The notes below the pieces were generated by a model that saw only the letters and a program-made list of their open reading frames with translations, was not told the DNA's origin and did not search any database. From NCBI GenBank assembly GCA_046331645.1, contig JAXLQM010000001.1, positions 152,473-216,472 on the forward strand: 64,000 nt of DNA, read 5' to 3'. The translations under genes and the position numbers were made by a program. The DNA comes from Bryobacteraceae bacterium (GTDB lineage Bacteria > Acidobacteriota > Terriglobia > Bryobacterales > Bryobacteraceae). Positions 10,990 through 20,867 of the stretch are shown piece by piece (the stretch's first letter is position 1; each line of letters begins with the position of its first letter).

Positions 10990-11361
10990 TTAAAGGACAA
11001 TACGCTTCCATTCGATTTTTGTGCGCCGGAAGTTGATGAGGAGTGCGACCTTGAGGCCGGAGACTTTGAGTTGGTTGATGCATTGCCCCATGTGCTCCGG
11101 GGCTAGGCTTTCCGCACACTTCAGTTCTACGATTACTCGGTCTTCTACCACCAGGTCCGCGAAGTATTTGCCTATTTGCTGTCCTTTGTATGTTACGGGG
11201 TAGAGGACTTGTTGGGCTGCTTTGACGCCCCTCAGACGGAGTTCTGCTAATAGAGCGCCTTCGTAGACTTTCTCCAGGAACCCGGCGCCTAGAGTGTTGG
11301 CCACTTCGAATGCGGCTCCGATGATTTCGTCTGTTCCATCTTGGAATCGTAGTTCGTTCAT
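10990..11361 (-). CDS. GxxExxY family protein (PD-(D/E)XK-like small protein).
   Basis: MNELRFQDGTDEIIGAAFEVANTLGAGFLEKVYEGALLAELRLRG… contains the GxxExxY signature. Flanked by cacgaat-type short repeats immediately after sdhB. Confidence 0.75.
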   Translation of the reverse strand: MNELRFQDGTDEIIGAAFEVANTLGAGFLEKVYEGALLAELRLRGVKAAQQVLYPVTYKGQQIGKYFADLVVEDRVIVELKCAESLAPEHMGQCINQLKVSGLKVALLINFRRTKIEWKRIVL

Positions 11362-11393
11362 GAAATGGAAGTTGCGGAACGCGGGGGATTGTC

Positions 11394-12365
11394 TCAATTG
11401 GGTTTGGGGAGCGGGATGTCTCCTTCTTCGGTGACGATTGTGGCGGGGTGAGGGTTGGCGGGGTCACAGCCGGTGTCTTTGTCGGTGGGGTGCTCGGCGT
11501 GCCAGAGGCGGCAGAATTGGGCTCGATAGGCAGGGTCTCGGACAGAGGTGTAGAGGCGCTGAAGGTCGGGGTCGCGGGCTGGCCAATACCAGGAAGGGGG
11601 GCGGCTTTGGAAGCGACTGCGGTTCTCAGCTACTTTGGCGGCAGAACAGCAGAGATAGCCGCCGGATTGGAGGCGGTTTCGTTCCACTGGGCTGAGGTCT
11701 TCGTAACATTCGTCAAGTCCGTCATAGGTGAGCAGTTCGCGGCAGGCGCCGGTACGGAGATGCGGATTTGGATGTCGGAGTAGACCTCGCATCAGCTTCA
11801 CGGTGCGCCAGAGCGAGATCGCGCGCTGGCGTCTGGCGATAACGAGTTCGCCTTCTGCCTGCGGCGGGTACCAGAGGTTCATCAGGTCGAAACGCTCCCA
11901 GAACGGGTGGGATTTGTCCATTGGCAGACGGGTGTGCGGGCCGCTAGTGATGGGGAAGATCGAGCGCCACCAGTCGCGGACGACGTGATAGCGGCCATGG
12001 TCCTTGAAGACCATGAAGAGGGCCCGCTCGCCGTCTGAGGTGGCGTTCCAGTCGCCCGAGGTTCCGCCCGTCCAAATGATTTCGTAGACGCTGATGCGCT
12101 GGCTGGGTTCCTGCCCCAGGAAAACCGCTTCGACGTCCACGTCGCGGCGGACGACTTTCCAATATGTGGTGAGCGGGTTCTCGCCGGGAATGCGGAAGCG
12201 GAGGAATGGGGAGTGGTCAATTGTATGGTGGCGGATGACGCCGGCGAATACCAATGTCGCCCGGCGGAGCATGTCGTCCTGGGTCATGCTTTGCGAATTG
12301 TTGAATTCAAGCGTGGGGCCGCAGGCCATGAGCGGGAGGATACACAGCGCGGCGAGTGGTCGCAT
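11394..12365 (-). CDS. Hypothetical lipoprotein; Trp/Cys-rich, no recognisable domain.
   Basis: A start at 12365 gives MRPLAALCILPLMACGPT, i.e. a lipobox L-M-A-C. The track ORF extends further 5' through a Pro-rich, unlikely N-terminus. GC3-rich coding statistics. Overlaps the GxxExxY gene by 4 nt. Confidence 0.55.
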   Translation of the reverse strand: MRPLAALCILPLMACGPTLEFNNSQSMTQDDMLRRATLVFAGVIRHHTIDHSPFLRFRIPGENPLTTYWKVVRRDVDVEAVFLGQEPSQRISVYEIIWTGGTSGDWNATSDGERALFMVFKDHGRYHVVRDWWRSIFPITSGPHTRLPMDKSHPFWERFDLMNLWYPPQAEGELVIARRQRAISLWRTVKLMRGLLRHPNPHLRTGACRELLTYDGLDECYEDLSPVERNRLQSGGYLCCSAAKVAENRSRFQSRPPSWYWPARDPDLQRLYTSVRDPAYRAQFCRLWHAEHPTDKDTGCDPANPHPATIVTEEGDIPLPKPN

Positions 12366-12403
12366 GGGGTATGGGACTCCGCGGGGGGCGCTAAAGTTCC
12401 GGG

Positions 12404-13354
12404 ATGCTCCGCCGATGGAGGGGAATGCGCATTGTTGTGCGAATCGGCATCTTGGCGGCGGTGGTAGCGGGGGTGTTTGGCGCGGCAATGGCGTTGTTTA
12501 CGCCGGAACAGCGGACCTTGTCTACGGCCCGGTTCATGGCGAGCTACAAGAATTCGGCCCCGCAGATCGTCATCGGAGTGCTGTCAGAGTACAGCTTGCC
12601 CTTTTTGCATGCGTCGGGGTTCATCCGGCCCATGGATATGGACTTGGGGCGGGGAATTAAGATGCATCTGGATGCGCGGGATCTGGTGCCTCGGACGATC
12701 CTGGCGAACGGCGTGTATGAGCCGGTGACCACCAAACTACTGGAAGACCACTTGCCGGTGGGCGGGACTTTCGTTGATATCGGGGCGCATATCGGCTTGC
12801 ATTCGCTGCTGGCTGCGGCCAAGGTGGGTGCGCAGGGCCAGGTGCTTTCGGTGGAACCGAATCCCGATACGCTAGTGGAGTTGCGGCGGAACCTGGAGTT
12901 GAGCCAGGCGAAACAGGTGGCCGTGCAGCCGGTGGCCTGCTCGGACAAGGAAGGAAAGCTGGATCTGTTCGCTGGGAGCATGGCCAATACGGGGATGTCT
13001 TCGTTATCGAAGAAGACCGCGGAAGCGGAAGGCGAAAGCGGGCGGCGGTTTGCCGTGCGGGCGCGGCCACTCGATGACATCGTGACGGAGATGGGGCTGA
13101 CTCGCATCGATGCCATGAAAATCGATGTGGAGGGCGCCGAGTTGTTCGTGCTGAAAGGTGCGTTGCGGACGCTGGAGCGGTTTCATCCGTTCCTGGTGAT
13201 GGAAGTGAAAGAGGACCAATTGGCGGCGATGGGGACGACCAAGGCTGCGGTGTTGTCGCTGCTCCAGGACTTGGGTTACACGCCGGGGCGGAGCTTTGAG
13301 GGCAACGTCGAGTTCGTGTACGGGTCGAAACTGAGTTCCCAGCAGACGCGCTGA
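12404..13354 (+). CDS. FkbM-family methyltransferase with an N-terminal TM anchor.
   Basis: FVDIGAHIGLHSL…VLSVEPNPDT…ACSDKEGKLDLF…IDAMKIDVEGAELFVLKG matches the FkbM SAM-MTase domain. N-terminal hydrophobic helix IGILAAVVAGVFGAAMALF. The start could also be 12425. Confidence 0.75.
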   Translation: MLRRWRGMRIVVRIGILAAVVAGVFGAAMALFTPEQRTLSTARFMASYKNSAPQIVIGVLSEYSLPFLHASGFIRPMDMDLGRGIKMHLDARDLVPRTILANGVYEPVTTKLLEDHLPVGGTFVDIGAHIGLHSLLAAAKVGAQGQVLSVEPNPDTLVELRRNLELSQAKQVAVQPVACSDKEGKLDLFAGSMANTGMSSLSKKTAEAEGESGRRFAVRARPLDDIVTEMGLTRIDAMKIDVEGAELFVLKGALRTLERFHPFLVMEVKEDQLAAMGTTKAAVLSLLQDLGYTPGRSFEGNVEFVYGSKLSSQQTR

Positions 13355-13421
13355 AGATTGCGTGCCGCTTCGCTCCGATTCATAATAGAAAGCCTGATAC
13401 GGGCCATGAAGAGGAGCGACT

Positions 13422-14276
13422 ATGTGCGATCAAAAGCATTTCGACGATGATTTACAGGATTTTGAAGCGCGTGGACTGGTGACGCGCAAACAGTTTGGCG
13501 TGCTGCTGGGGGCGGGCGTATCGATGATCCTGCCGCAGGTGGCGAATGCAGTCGCGGTGGCGGATGCGGAGGTGACCATCACCACTCCGGACGGAACGGC
13601 GGATGCCTATTTCGTGCATCCGGCGAGCGGGACGGCGCCGGGCGTTTTGCTCTGGCCGGACATTTTCGGGCTGCGGCCGGCGATGCGGCAGATGGGGAAG
13701 CGGTTGGCTGAATCGGGGTATTCGGTGCTGGTGGTGAACCCGTTTTACCGGACGAAGAAGGCGCCGACCGCGGATAACGGGGCCGCAACACCGATTCCGC
13801 AGGTGATGCCGTTGGCGCAGACGCTGAGCGAACAGACACACATGACGGATGCCAAGGCGTTTATCGGCTGGCTGGACAAGCAGGCTTCGGTGGCGAAGAA
13901 TCGCAAGATGGGGACGCAGGGTTACTGCATGGGCGGGCCGATGGCGTTTCGCACGGCGGCGGCAATGCCGGACCGCGTGGGCGCGGTGGCTTCGTTTCAC
14001 GGCGGCGGGTTAGTGCGCGATGCCGAGAACAGCCCCCATCTGCAGGCGTCGAAGACGAAGGCGAGTTTTCTGGTTGCCATTGCATCGAATGACGATCAGC
14101 GGGCGCCAAAGGACAAGGATGTTCTGAAAGAAACGTTCGCCAAGGCGCATGTGCAGGCGGAGATCGAGGTCTATTCGGGGGCGCATGGGTGGTGCCCGCC
14201 GGATTCGAAGGTTTACAACGAGCCGGATGCGGAGAAGGCTTGGAGCCGGCTGTTGGCGTTGTACGGCAAGCTGTAA
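13422..14276 (+). CDS. Dienelactone hydrolase family protein; possibly exported (KR-type Tat-like N-terminus).
   Basis: DLH fold motifs VLLWPDIFGL, GYCMGG (nucleophile elbow) and a His near the C-terminus (SGAHGWC). N-terminus TRKQFGVLLGAGVSMILPQVANA. Confidence 0.8.
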   Translation: MCDQKHFDDDLQDFEARGLVTRKQFGVLLGAGVSMILPQVANAVAVADAEVTITTPDGTADAYFVHPASGTAPGVLLWPDIFGLRPAMRQMGKRLAESGYSVLVVNPFYRTKKAPTADNGAATPIPQVMPLAQTLSEQTHMTDAKAFIGWLDKQASVAKNRKMGTQGYCMGGPMAFRTAAAMPDRVGAVASFHGGGLVRDAENSPHLQASKTKASFLVAIASNDDQRAPKDKDVLKETFAKAHVQAEIEVYSGAHGWCPPDSKVYNEPDAEKAWSRLLALYGKL

Positions 14277-14330
14277 ATCTGCCAGGTTGTTTGGCACTCC
14301 GATTGCCCTGTAGATGGCAGGAGTGCCGAT

Positions 14331-14765
14331 TTGGAACATCCGTCAAATTCGCGGCCGCGGGCGCACGGGTCCGGTGTTGTGCTTGCGGCCGTTGTTTATT
14401 TTCTGATGGTATTCGGCGCCGGATTCGTTTTGGGCCCAGTGCGTATTCTGTTGCTTGTGCCACGCATTGGTGAACGCTGGGCGGAACTGGCGGAAATGCC
14501 GGTGATGCTGACGGCCTGTTACGTGGCGGCACGATGGGTATGCCAGCGATTCGCCATGCCGGCGCGGGCGAGCCCTCGGGTCATTATGGGCCTGCTCGCC
14601 ATGGTGCTGCTGCTGGCAGCCGAGTTCGGACTGGTGCTGTCGTTGCGCGGGATGACGGCGGCCGAGTATCTGGCGACGCGCGATCCGGTTTCCGGGACGG
14701 CTTACTACCTTGCTGTCGCGGTGTTTGGCGCCCTGCCGTGGTGGCTGGGACGGCGATCATACTAG
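14331..14765 (+). CDS. Small hypothetical membrane protein (3–4 TM).
   Basis: GC3-rich ORF with hydrophobic segments. No homology recognised. Overlaps the convergent beta-helix gene by 4 nt. Confidence 0.4.
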   Translation: MEHPSNSRPRAHGSGVVLAAVVYFLMVFGAGFVLGPVRILLLVPRIGERWAELAEMPVMLTACYVAARWVCQRFAMPARASPRVIMGLLAMVLLLAAEFGLVLSLRGMTAAEYLATRDPVSGTAYYLAVAVFGALPWWLGRRSY

Positions 14766-16702
14766 CGATAGAACGGCTTCCAGGTCAGCCAGCGGGGACC
14801 GTAATGGGGTTCGGGCTTGCCCACTTCGAGTGCGCCGAGGTCCGGGGCGCGGCCGGCAAAGCCGTCATTGACGGTAGGAATGACCACGCCCGCGTCAATG
14901 GCCTTGCTGGCGGGTTTCAGCCGGAAGTTGAGATCCATCACATGGTAGACGGCGTGACGTTTGGTCGGGTCGGGTGGGCGTAGCGATTCGAAGATATCGA
15001 AATCCACTTCGATGCCGTGCGATTCCTGGCCCGTGGCTTTGCTCATTTCGCTGAGCGTGGCGAAGCTTTTCCACTCGTCCTTCTGCGGCTCATAGGCTTT
15101 CTGGCCGGGCTTTGGAGCGAGCCACTGGTAGTTCTCCTTAACGCCTTTGTTCGGGCGATAGCCGTTGTAGTCGGTGCTATAGGCTTCGGTGGCATTGGCC
15201 CACGCCATGATGCCGCGGTCCGGGGTATCGCGGCCGAGGAACAGGTTATTGCGCCAGTGCACGTTGGAATAGGGATCACGGACGATGTTTTCCCCGATCA
15301 GCGTGTTGTGATACACGAACAAACCGGCAGGCTTGGCCGAGAATTTGAAGGCGACGCCGGTGGGCTGGTGATACAGGATGTTGCGGATGAAATAGACGGG
15401 TCCACCGAAGATCGGTTGGGAACTGTAGCCGCCGTGGGCTGCGTTGACGCCACGGTTGTTGAAGACGCGTATGTTGTGTACGCCGCCATCGGTTTCGACG
15501 AAGTCGTCGTTGAGCATGTGGAATTCGTTGTTGTAGATGTCGATGGAGGAGGCGCGGCGATCGGGGTCGGATTCGGGCGGCCCGTAGGTGGAGATGCCGA
15601 TGGCGTCGTGGAAGTAGGCGATGGCGTTATGGGCGATGACGTGGCCGGGGCCATAGACTTTCACGGCGTAATAGCTGGTGAGCTGGTGCGAGCCGTAGGG
15701 GCCGGCACTGGCCCACATGAAGCCGGTCCAGCCGACGAGGCGGAAGCGGTCGTCGCGGCCGAGAAAGAGGTTGTCGGAGATGTAGAAATCACTCGAACCG
15801 GCATATTCGGTCCAGACCCCAAAGCCGACGTTTTCGAAGCGGCAGTTCTTTACGGTGAGGGCGACGGCTCCTCCTACTTCTTTCGCTCCGGCGAAAATGC
15901 CGACATCGGTGTTGCGGAAGGTGATGCCCTCGAAGATGTGATGGCGGGTAGCCATGACGTCGAAGAGTCGGTGGTTACCGGCGCCATCGAACACGGGTTC
16001 GCCGTCCCCGGCAGCTTTGATCGTGATGGGCTTGTCGGGAGTGCCTTTGAGGGTGAGCACGTTTGAACCGTCAAAGGGAGTCATCATCGGGTCGACGTAG
16101 TTGAGCTTCTCCGGCCGGTAGAGGCCGGCATGGATCAGGATGGTGTCGCCGGGCTGGGCTTTGCGCTCCCACACCACGCTCCAGTCGCCCAGACCCGCGC
16201 CATAGTAGGCCTGCATGAGGCTGGTGAAATGAGGTTCCACTTTGGGGCCCGTGTAATCGGGGGCGTAGACGTGAAGAGTACGGCCGCCGGAATAGGGTTG
16301 CGGTTCCTTGCGAGTGCGGACGCGGACCGTGTGCGAGGTTTCGCCGGAGGTCCCATCGGGATCGGTGAGTTGGAACCTGCACTCGTATTCGGTATCGGGC
16401 TGGAGGTTGAGAATGCTGCCGGCGAAGGCATCGGGAACGGTGTAATCGAGATTCTCACGGCGGCGGTAGATGTTCTCGCCGCCGATGCGGACCAGCGGGA
16501 GGGCCTGGCGCCAGGCGGATTCGCCGCTCGGCCGGAACTGGACGGCGACCTTGGCATTGCGATTGGCGTCGCCCTGGATGGCCCATTCAAAGCCGAGGTT
16601 GAGGAGAGTAGGGTGTTCCACTGTGAAACGCCCTGCTTGTGTGGCGTTCTGGGCGAAGGCGGCCGATGCGGCCAGGAAGGAAAGTAGAATTCGAGTGGAC
16701 AT
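14762..16702 (-). CDS. Secreted right-handed parallel beta-helix repeat protein (polysaccharide lyase / pectate-lyase-like).
   Basis: Signal peptide MSTRILLSFLAASAAFAQ. Repeated ~22-aa beta-helix turns (ITFRNTDVGIF…, KNCRFENVGFGVW…, ISDNLFLG…, IAHNAIAYFHDAIGIS…, IYNNEFHMLNDD…, VFNNRGVNAAHGG…). The track ORF start at 16774 would lie inside a terminator hairpin. Confidence 0.7.
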   Translation of the reverse strand: MSTRILLSFLAASAAFAQNATQAGRFTVEHPTLLNLGFEWAIQGDANRNAKVAVQFRPSGESAWRQALPLVRIGGENIYRRRENLDYTVPDAFAGSILNLQPDTEYECRFQLTDPDGTSGETSHTVRVRTRKEPQPYSGGRTLHVYAPDYTGPKVEPHFTSLMQAYYGAGLGDWSVVWERKAQPGDTILIHAGLYRPEKLNYVDPMMTPFDGSNVLTLKGTPDKPITIKAAGDGEPVFDGAGNHRLFDVMATRHHIFEGITFRNTDVGIFAGAKEVGGAVALTVKNCRFENVGFGVWTEYAGSSDFYISDNLFLGRDDRFRLVGWTGFMWASAGPYGSHQLTSYYAVKVYGPGHVIAHNAIAYFHDAIGISTYGPPESDPDRRASSIDIYNNEFHMLNDDFVETDGGVHNIRVFNNRGVNAAHGGYSSQPIFGGPVYFIRNILYHQPTGVAFKFSAKPAGLFVYHNTLIGENIVRDPYSNVHWRNNLFLGRDTPDRGIMAWANATEAYSTDYNGYRPNKGVKENYQWLAPKPGQKAYEPQKDEWKSFATLSEMSKATGQESHGIEVDFDIFESLRPPDPTKRHAVYHVMDLNFRLKPASKAIDAGVVIPTVNDGFAGRAPDLGALEVGKPEPHYGPRWLTWKPFYR

Positions 16703-16749
16703 GAATCGGTGGTGATTATATCGCGGGTTGGCGGCGGGAGGCGATGGGG

Positions 16750-16783
16750 AAAAGAAAAAGCGCCACATCTGCAAATGCGGCGC
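16750..16783 (-). terminator. Rho-independent terminator (minus strand).
   Basis: Minus-strand GCGCCGCAU-uugcag-AUGUGGCGC (9-bp stem with one G·U) immediately followed by UUUUUCUUUU. Confidence 0.55.
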
Positions 16784-16990
16784 TTCTTGTAGTACAGGAA
16801 GAAAATTACTGGGAGAACCTCCCCCGACCTCGGAGGCTGTGCGGGGGAGGAAGAGACATTGAAAGGAGCATTGCGCTCAATCTCGATGCTCGTTTTTGGA
16901 TCTGCGTTGAATTTATTGTGCCGCAGGGGGCGGCTTGCGGTAAGAGAAAATAGGACTAGTTCGTTGTGAAATTGTAATGGTACGCGGAGT

Positions 16991-17608
16991 TTAGGCGGTG
17001 AGCGCGGAGAGTCCCATACGGCCGTGGTGGCGCTCCAGACGCTGGCGCAGTTCGGCGCGGGCGCGCAGCAGACGGGACTTGGCGGCGGATACGCTGATGC
17101 CTAGCCGGCGGGCGACCTCCTCCATAGGGAGTTCGTGCACGTCTCGCAGCACCACTACGTCGCGCATCAGGGGTGGAATGTGGCGAACCTCGTAAGCCAG
17201 GATTTGGGCCATTTCGCGGCGTGCGAACTCGGCTTCGGGGTTCGGGCCAGGAGTGGGAAGCTCGCGGATCGCGCCATCGTCGCCTGGCTCCTCATCGAGG
17301 TGGAAGAATCGCGATCGCCGCAGGTTGCGGAGCCGCATCAGGCATTGGTTGGCGACAATACGGTTCAACCATGTGGAGAATTTCGATTCCCGCTGAAACT
17401 TTCCGATGTGCTGGAGGGCCTTGGTGTAGGCCGTCTGCACTTCATCTTCGGCGGCATGAGAATCGCGGAGGATGGATTGTGCCAACCTGCGGCAGGAGGA
17501 CTGGTTCTGCTGGACGAGCAGAGCAAAAGCGGAGCGGTCGCCCTGCTGGGCGCGGGTGACAAGATCCATTTCCAGGTTATTCGCAACTTCAGGAAGGACT
17601 TTTTGCAT
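16991..17608 (-). CDS. RNA polymerase ECF-type sigma-70 factor.
   Basis: Region 2 (GDRSAFALLVQQNQSSCRRLAQSIL…AEDEVQTAYTKAL) and region 4 (LPMEEVARRLGISVSAAKSRLLRAR). Confidence 0.85.
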   Translation of the reverse strand: MQKVLPEVANNLEMDLVTRAQQGDRSAFALLVQQNQSSCRRLAQSILRDSHAAEDEVQTAYTKALQHIGKFQRESKFSTWLNRIVANQCLMRLRNLRRSRFFHLDEEPGDDGAIRELPTPGPNPEAEFARREMAQILAYEVRHIPPLMRDVVVLRDVHELPMEEVARRLGISVSAAKSRLLRARAELRQRLERHHGRMGLSALTA

Positions 17609-17647
17609 CGACTAGCTCCTCTGGGGAGTCTCAAGGGAGAGTACTCT

Positions 17648-18355
17648 ATGAGCGAAGTTAGCATTCCGGGCCAGGGCCGTCCAGAAGCGGCAGAACTTGG
17701 TTTTACCATGGCAAAACTTACTGGTGACATGTTCAGTGGCGATAAAATGGATTCTATGAAGGAAGAAAGCAGCGAGGAAACCCTGCAGCGGGTGCTGGGG
17801 GAGTACAACCTTGGGGCAAAGCTGCGGGCGCTACGGCTGCGGAAGAAAATCTCACTGGTGGACTTGGGGAAGCACACCGGGCTCTCGGCGTCGATGCTGT
17901 CGCAACTGGAGAACGGGAAGCTGATCCCGACGTTGCCGACGCTGGCGCGGATCGCGATGGTGTTTGATGTCGGGCTGGAGTTTTTCTTTGCCGACAAGCA
18001 GAAGAAAAAACTCTTTTCAGTGGTGCGTGGAGCGGAACGGATGCGCTTTCCGGACCGGGCGGGGAATCCGCGGCCGAACTACTTTTTCGAGGTGCTGGCG
18101 TTTTCGGCTCAGGAGAAGGGGATGCAGGGGTTTCTGGCGGAGTTCACGGCGAGTGAGGGGAAGCCGGAGGAACATTTCCACGAAGGGGCGGAATTTTTGT
18201 ACGTGCTGACCGGGGAAGTGGCGATTTTGTTTGAAGGCGAGGAGCACGTGCTGGCTGCGGGCGATTGCGTGTACTTCGATTCGTCGGAGCCGCACGGCTA
18301 CCGGGGGATCACAGAGAGCCGGGCGCTGGTGGTGACGACGCCGCCGCGGCTGTAG
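17648..18355 (+). CDS. XRE-family HTH transcriptional regulator with a C-terminal cupin domain.
   Basis: HTH LGAKLRALRLRKKISLVDLGKHTGLSASMLSQLENGK. Cupin HFHEGAEFLYVLTGEVAILFEGEEHVLAAGDCVYFDSSEPH. The track ORF start at 17135 overlaps the divergent sigma gene; the first plausible ATG is 17648. Confidence 0.75.
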   Translation: MSEVSIPGQGRPEAAELGFTMAKLTGDMFSGDKMDSMKEESSEETLQRVLGEYNLGAKLRALRLRKKISLVDLGKHTGLSASMLSQLENGKLIPTLPTLARIAMVFDVGLEFFFADKQKKKLFSVVRGAERMRFPDRAGNPRPNYFFEVLAFSAQEKGMQGFLAEFTASEGKPEEHFHEGAEFLYVLTGEVAILFEGEEHVLAAGDCVYFDSSEPHGYRGITESRALVVTTPPRL

Positions 18356-18367
18356 CGGAACGTTCGC

Positions 18368-20854
18368 TTAGCGCCGGCCTTCGCCGGTTTCATCCAGCCA
18401 ATCAGGGCGCTTCAGCACTTCGCGGGGGCGGCTGCCGTCGGGTGGTCCGATAATCCCATCCTTGAACATCATGTCGAGGATTCGTGCCGCGCGGCCGTAG
18501 CCGAGGCGGAGCCGGCGTTGCAGAATCGACGTCGAGGCTTTGCCCATTTCGAGCACGACGCGCACGGCGTCTTCATACATCGGATCCTGCGTGCCACCTT
18601 CCGCGCTGCCTCCCTCGCCACCCACTTCGACGTCGTCCTCGTCCGACGGCGGCGGCATGAGGAAGGTCTGATCATAGTCGGGGATCGCCTGGTCGCGCCA
18701 GAAATCCACCACGCGGTTGATTTCGTTTTCCGTGACCAAGGCCCCATGGACGCGGGTGAGTCGCGAAGACCCAGGGGGCAGGAAAAGCATGTCGCCTTTG
18801 CCCAGCAAGTGCTCGGCGCCCATCACATCGAGCACGGTGCGGGAGTCGACGCGAGTGGCGACGCGGAAGCTGATGCGCGAGGGGAAATTCGCTTTGATCA
18901 AGCCGGTGATGACGTCGACGCTGGGACGCTGCGTGGCCAGCACCAGGTGCATGCCGACGGCGCGGGCCATCTGGGCGAGGCGCGTCACGGCCGCTTCGAC
19001 GTTAGCGCGCTCCAGCATCATGAGATCGGCGAGCTCGTCGATCACCACCAGGATGTACGGCAGCGGATCTAGCTGCTCTTTCACCGCATCCTCGTCCTCT
19101 TCGAACAGGCTGCGCGGCTCGTTCGCCATCTGGCGCACTTTCTTGTTGAACTGATCGATGTTGCGAACGCCCTGCGAGGCAAGCAGCTTGAGGCGGCGCT
19201 CCATTTCGAGCACGGCGTTGCGCAGCGCGTTGGTGGCCTGCTTGGCGTCGGTGATGACCGGAGTGAGCAGGTGCGGGATGCCTTCGTAAATGCCCATTTC
19301 CACGCGCTTGGGATCGATGAGCACCATGCGCACGTCGTCGGGCGTCGCCTTGAAGATCACCGACATGATGAGCGAGTTGAGCATGACGCTCTTCCCCGAT
19401 CCGGTGGAGCCGGCGATGAGCAGGTGCGGCATGGTCTCGAGCGGCGTGACCTTGATGCGGCCGTTGATGTCCTTGCCGAGGCAGATGGTCATCTTCGACG
19501 GTGACTCGTTGAATTCTTCCGATTCGAGGATCTGACGGAGGCTGATCACCTCGCGGCGCGAGTTGGGGACTTCAATGCCGACGGTGGGTTTGCCGGCGAG
19601 GCGCTCAATGAAGATGGACTCGGCTTGCAGGCCAAGGCAGAGGTCGTCGTTGAGGGTGACGATCTTCGAGTATTTGACGCCCGCGTCGGGCTTGTATTCG
19701 AACGTGGTGACCACCGGGCCGGGGTTGATCTGAACCACGGAGCCGAGGACATTGAACTCTTCCAGCTTGGCCTTGATGCGGCCGGCGATTTCCTTCAGTT
19801 CGAAGCCGTCATAGCCGGTGCGCGTGGGGACTTCGTTGAGCAGCGCCGTGGACGGCATGCGGTAGTCGATCTTGCGCGGGCGGGCCGGGGCGGCGGAACG
19901 CGAGGTGTCCATGGAACTGCGGAATGGCTCGGGCTCGCGGATAGGCGGGGGCGGAGGAGGCATCACCTCAGTGGGCGGCACTTCTTCCAGCACGCAGATG
20001 GGGATTTCGGGTTCGGCTTCGGGCTCGTTATTCCGCTCGTCTTCTTCCGGCTCCGGCGAGTAGCCGCGCTGCGGCTCGCGGTCCTCAAAGCGCGGGTCGC
20101 GAGGCTCTTCCCATGGGGGCAAATCGATGTCGTGATTGGCGGGGATGGAGCGCATGGTCTGCTCCGGCTCCGGGGCGCGGGCCGCTTCACGCTTGCGGCG
20201 GGAAACCTTTTCGGCCAACTGATCTTCCTTGCGCTTGAGCCGAGCCATTTTCAGCGCGGCGCGTTCCTTGCGCCAGTGGATCCAGCGTTCGCGCTGGCGG
20301 CGGCTCCAACCGATGGGGTGTGCGAACCAGAGGGGGACTTTGGCCAGCGAGAAGCTGGAAACCAGATAAAGCGATACGAACATGCTGGTTGCGGTGAGTA
20401 GTGCCGCACCGGTGGTGTTGAGCGCCGAAACCAGGAGATCGGCCATGAGGACGCCGGCCAGTCCGCCCGCCGGGAGCATGCCGTCGAACGGACGCAGTCC
20501 CGGGACGAGAGCGAACGAAGTACAGGAGCCGAGGATCAGGATGGAGAAGCCGATGGCTTTGACGAAAGGTACCTGGATCGGCTTGGAGCGAACCCACTTC
20601 AGGCCGAGGGCGAGGATGCCTGCCGGAACCAGCCAGGCGCCGAAGCCAAAGATCTGATACAGAACGTCGGAAGTGTAAGAGCCAGCTTTGCCGATGAGGT
20701 TGTGGGCGTGTTCGGTGGCGGTGGCGGTATTGAAGGAGGGGTCGTTGGGGTGGAACGAGTAAAGACTCAGCGCCAAGACCAAGGCGCCGATCAGATACAC
20801 CACTCCCGCGGCTTCGTTGAGCCTTTCGTTCCTCGTTGGTCCTAATAGTTTCAT
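18368..20854 (-). CDS. ftsK: DNA translocase FtsK/SpoIIIE.
   Basis: N-terminal 4-TM domain, Pro/Glu-rich linker, motor domain with Walker A (GSTGSGKS) and Walker B (VIDELADLMM), and a C-terminal gamma winged helix. Confidence 0.9.
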   Translation of the reverse strand: MKLLGPTRNERLNEAAGVVYLIGALVLALSLYSFHPNDPSFNTATATEHAHNLIGKAGSYTSDVLYQIFGFGAWLVPAGILALGLKWVRSKPIQVPFVKAIGFSILILGSCTSFALVPGLRPFDGMLPAGGLAGVLMADLLVSALNTTGAALLTATSMFVSLYLVSSFSLAKVPLWFAHPIGWSRRQRERWIHWRKERAALKMARLKRKEDQLAEKVSRRKREAARAPEPEQTMRSIPANHDIDLPPWEEPRDPRFEDREPQRGYSPEPEEDERNNEPEAEPEIPICVLEEVPPTEVMPPPPPPIREPEPFRSSMDTSRSAAPARPRKIDYRMPSTALLNEVPTRTGYDGFELKEIAGRIKAKLEEFNVLGSVVQINPGPVVTTFEYKPDAGVKYSKIVTLNDDLCLGLQAESIFIERLAGKPTVGIEVPNSRREVISLRQILESEEFNESPSKMTICLGKDINGRIKVTPLETMPHLLIAGSTGSGKSVMLNSLIMSVIFKATPDDVRMVLIDPKRVEMGIYEGIPHLLTPVITDAKQATNALRNAVLEMERRLKLLASQGVRNIDQFNKKVRQMANEPRSLFEEDEDAVKEQLDPLPYILVVIDELADLMMLERANVEAAVTRLAQMARAVGMHLVLATQRPSVDVITGLIKANFPSRISFRVATRVDSRTVLDVMGAEHLLGKGDMLFLPPGSSRLTRVHGALVTENEINRVVDFWRDQAIPDYDQTFLMPPPSDEDDVEVGGEGGSAEGGTQDPMYEDAVRVVLEMGKASTSILQRRLRLGYGRAARILDMMFKDGIIGPPDGSRPREVLKRPDWLDETGEGRR

Positions 20855-20867
20855 CCGGTCCCTAGGG

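Noticed and set aside
17135-17647. N-terminal extension of the XRE-cupin ORF.
   Set aside because: It would overlap the divergent ECF sigma gene over ~470 nt. The first non-overlapping ATG (17648) gives a normal HTH N-terminus.
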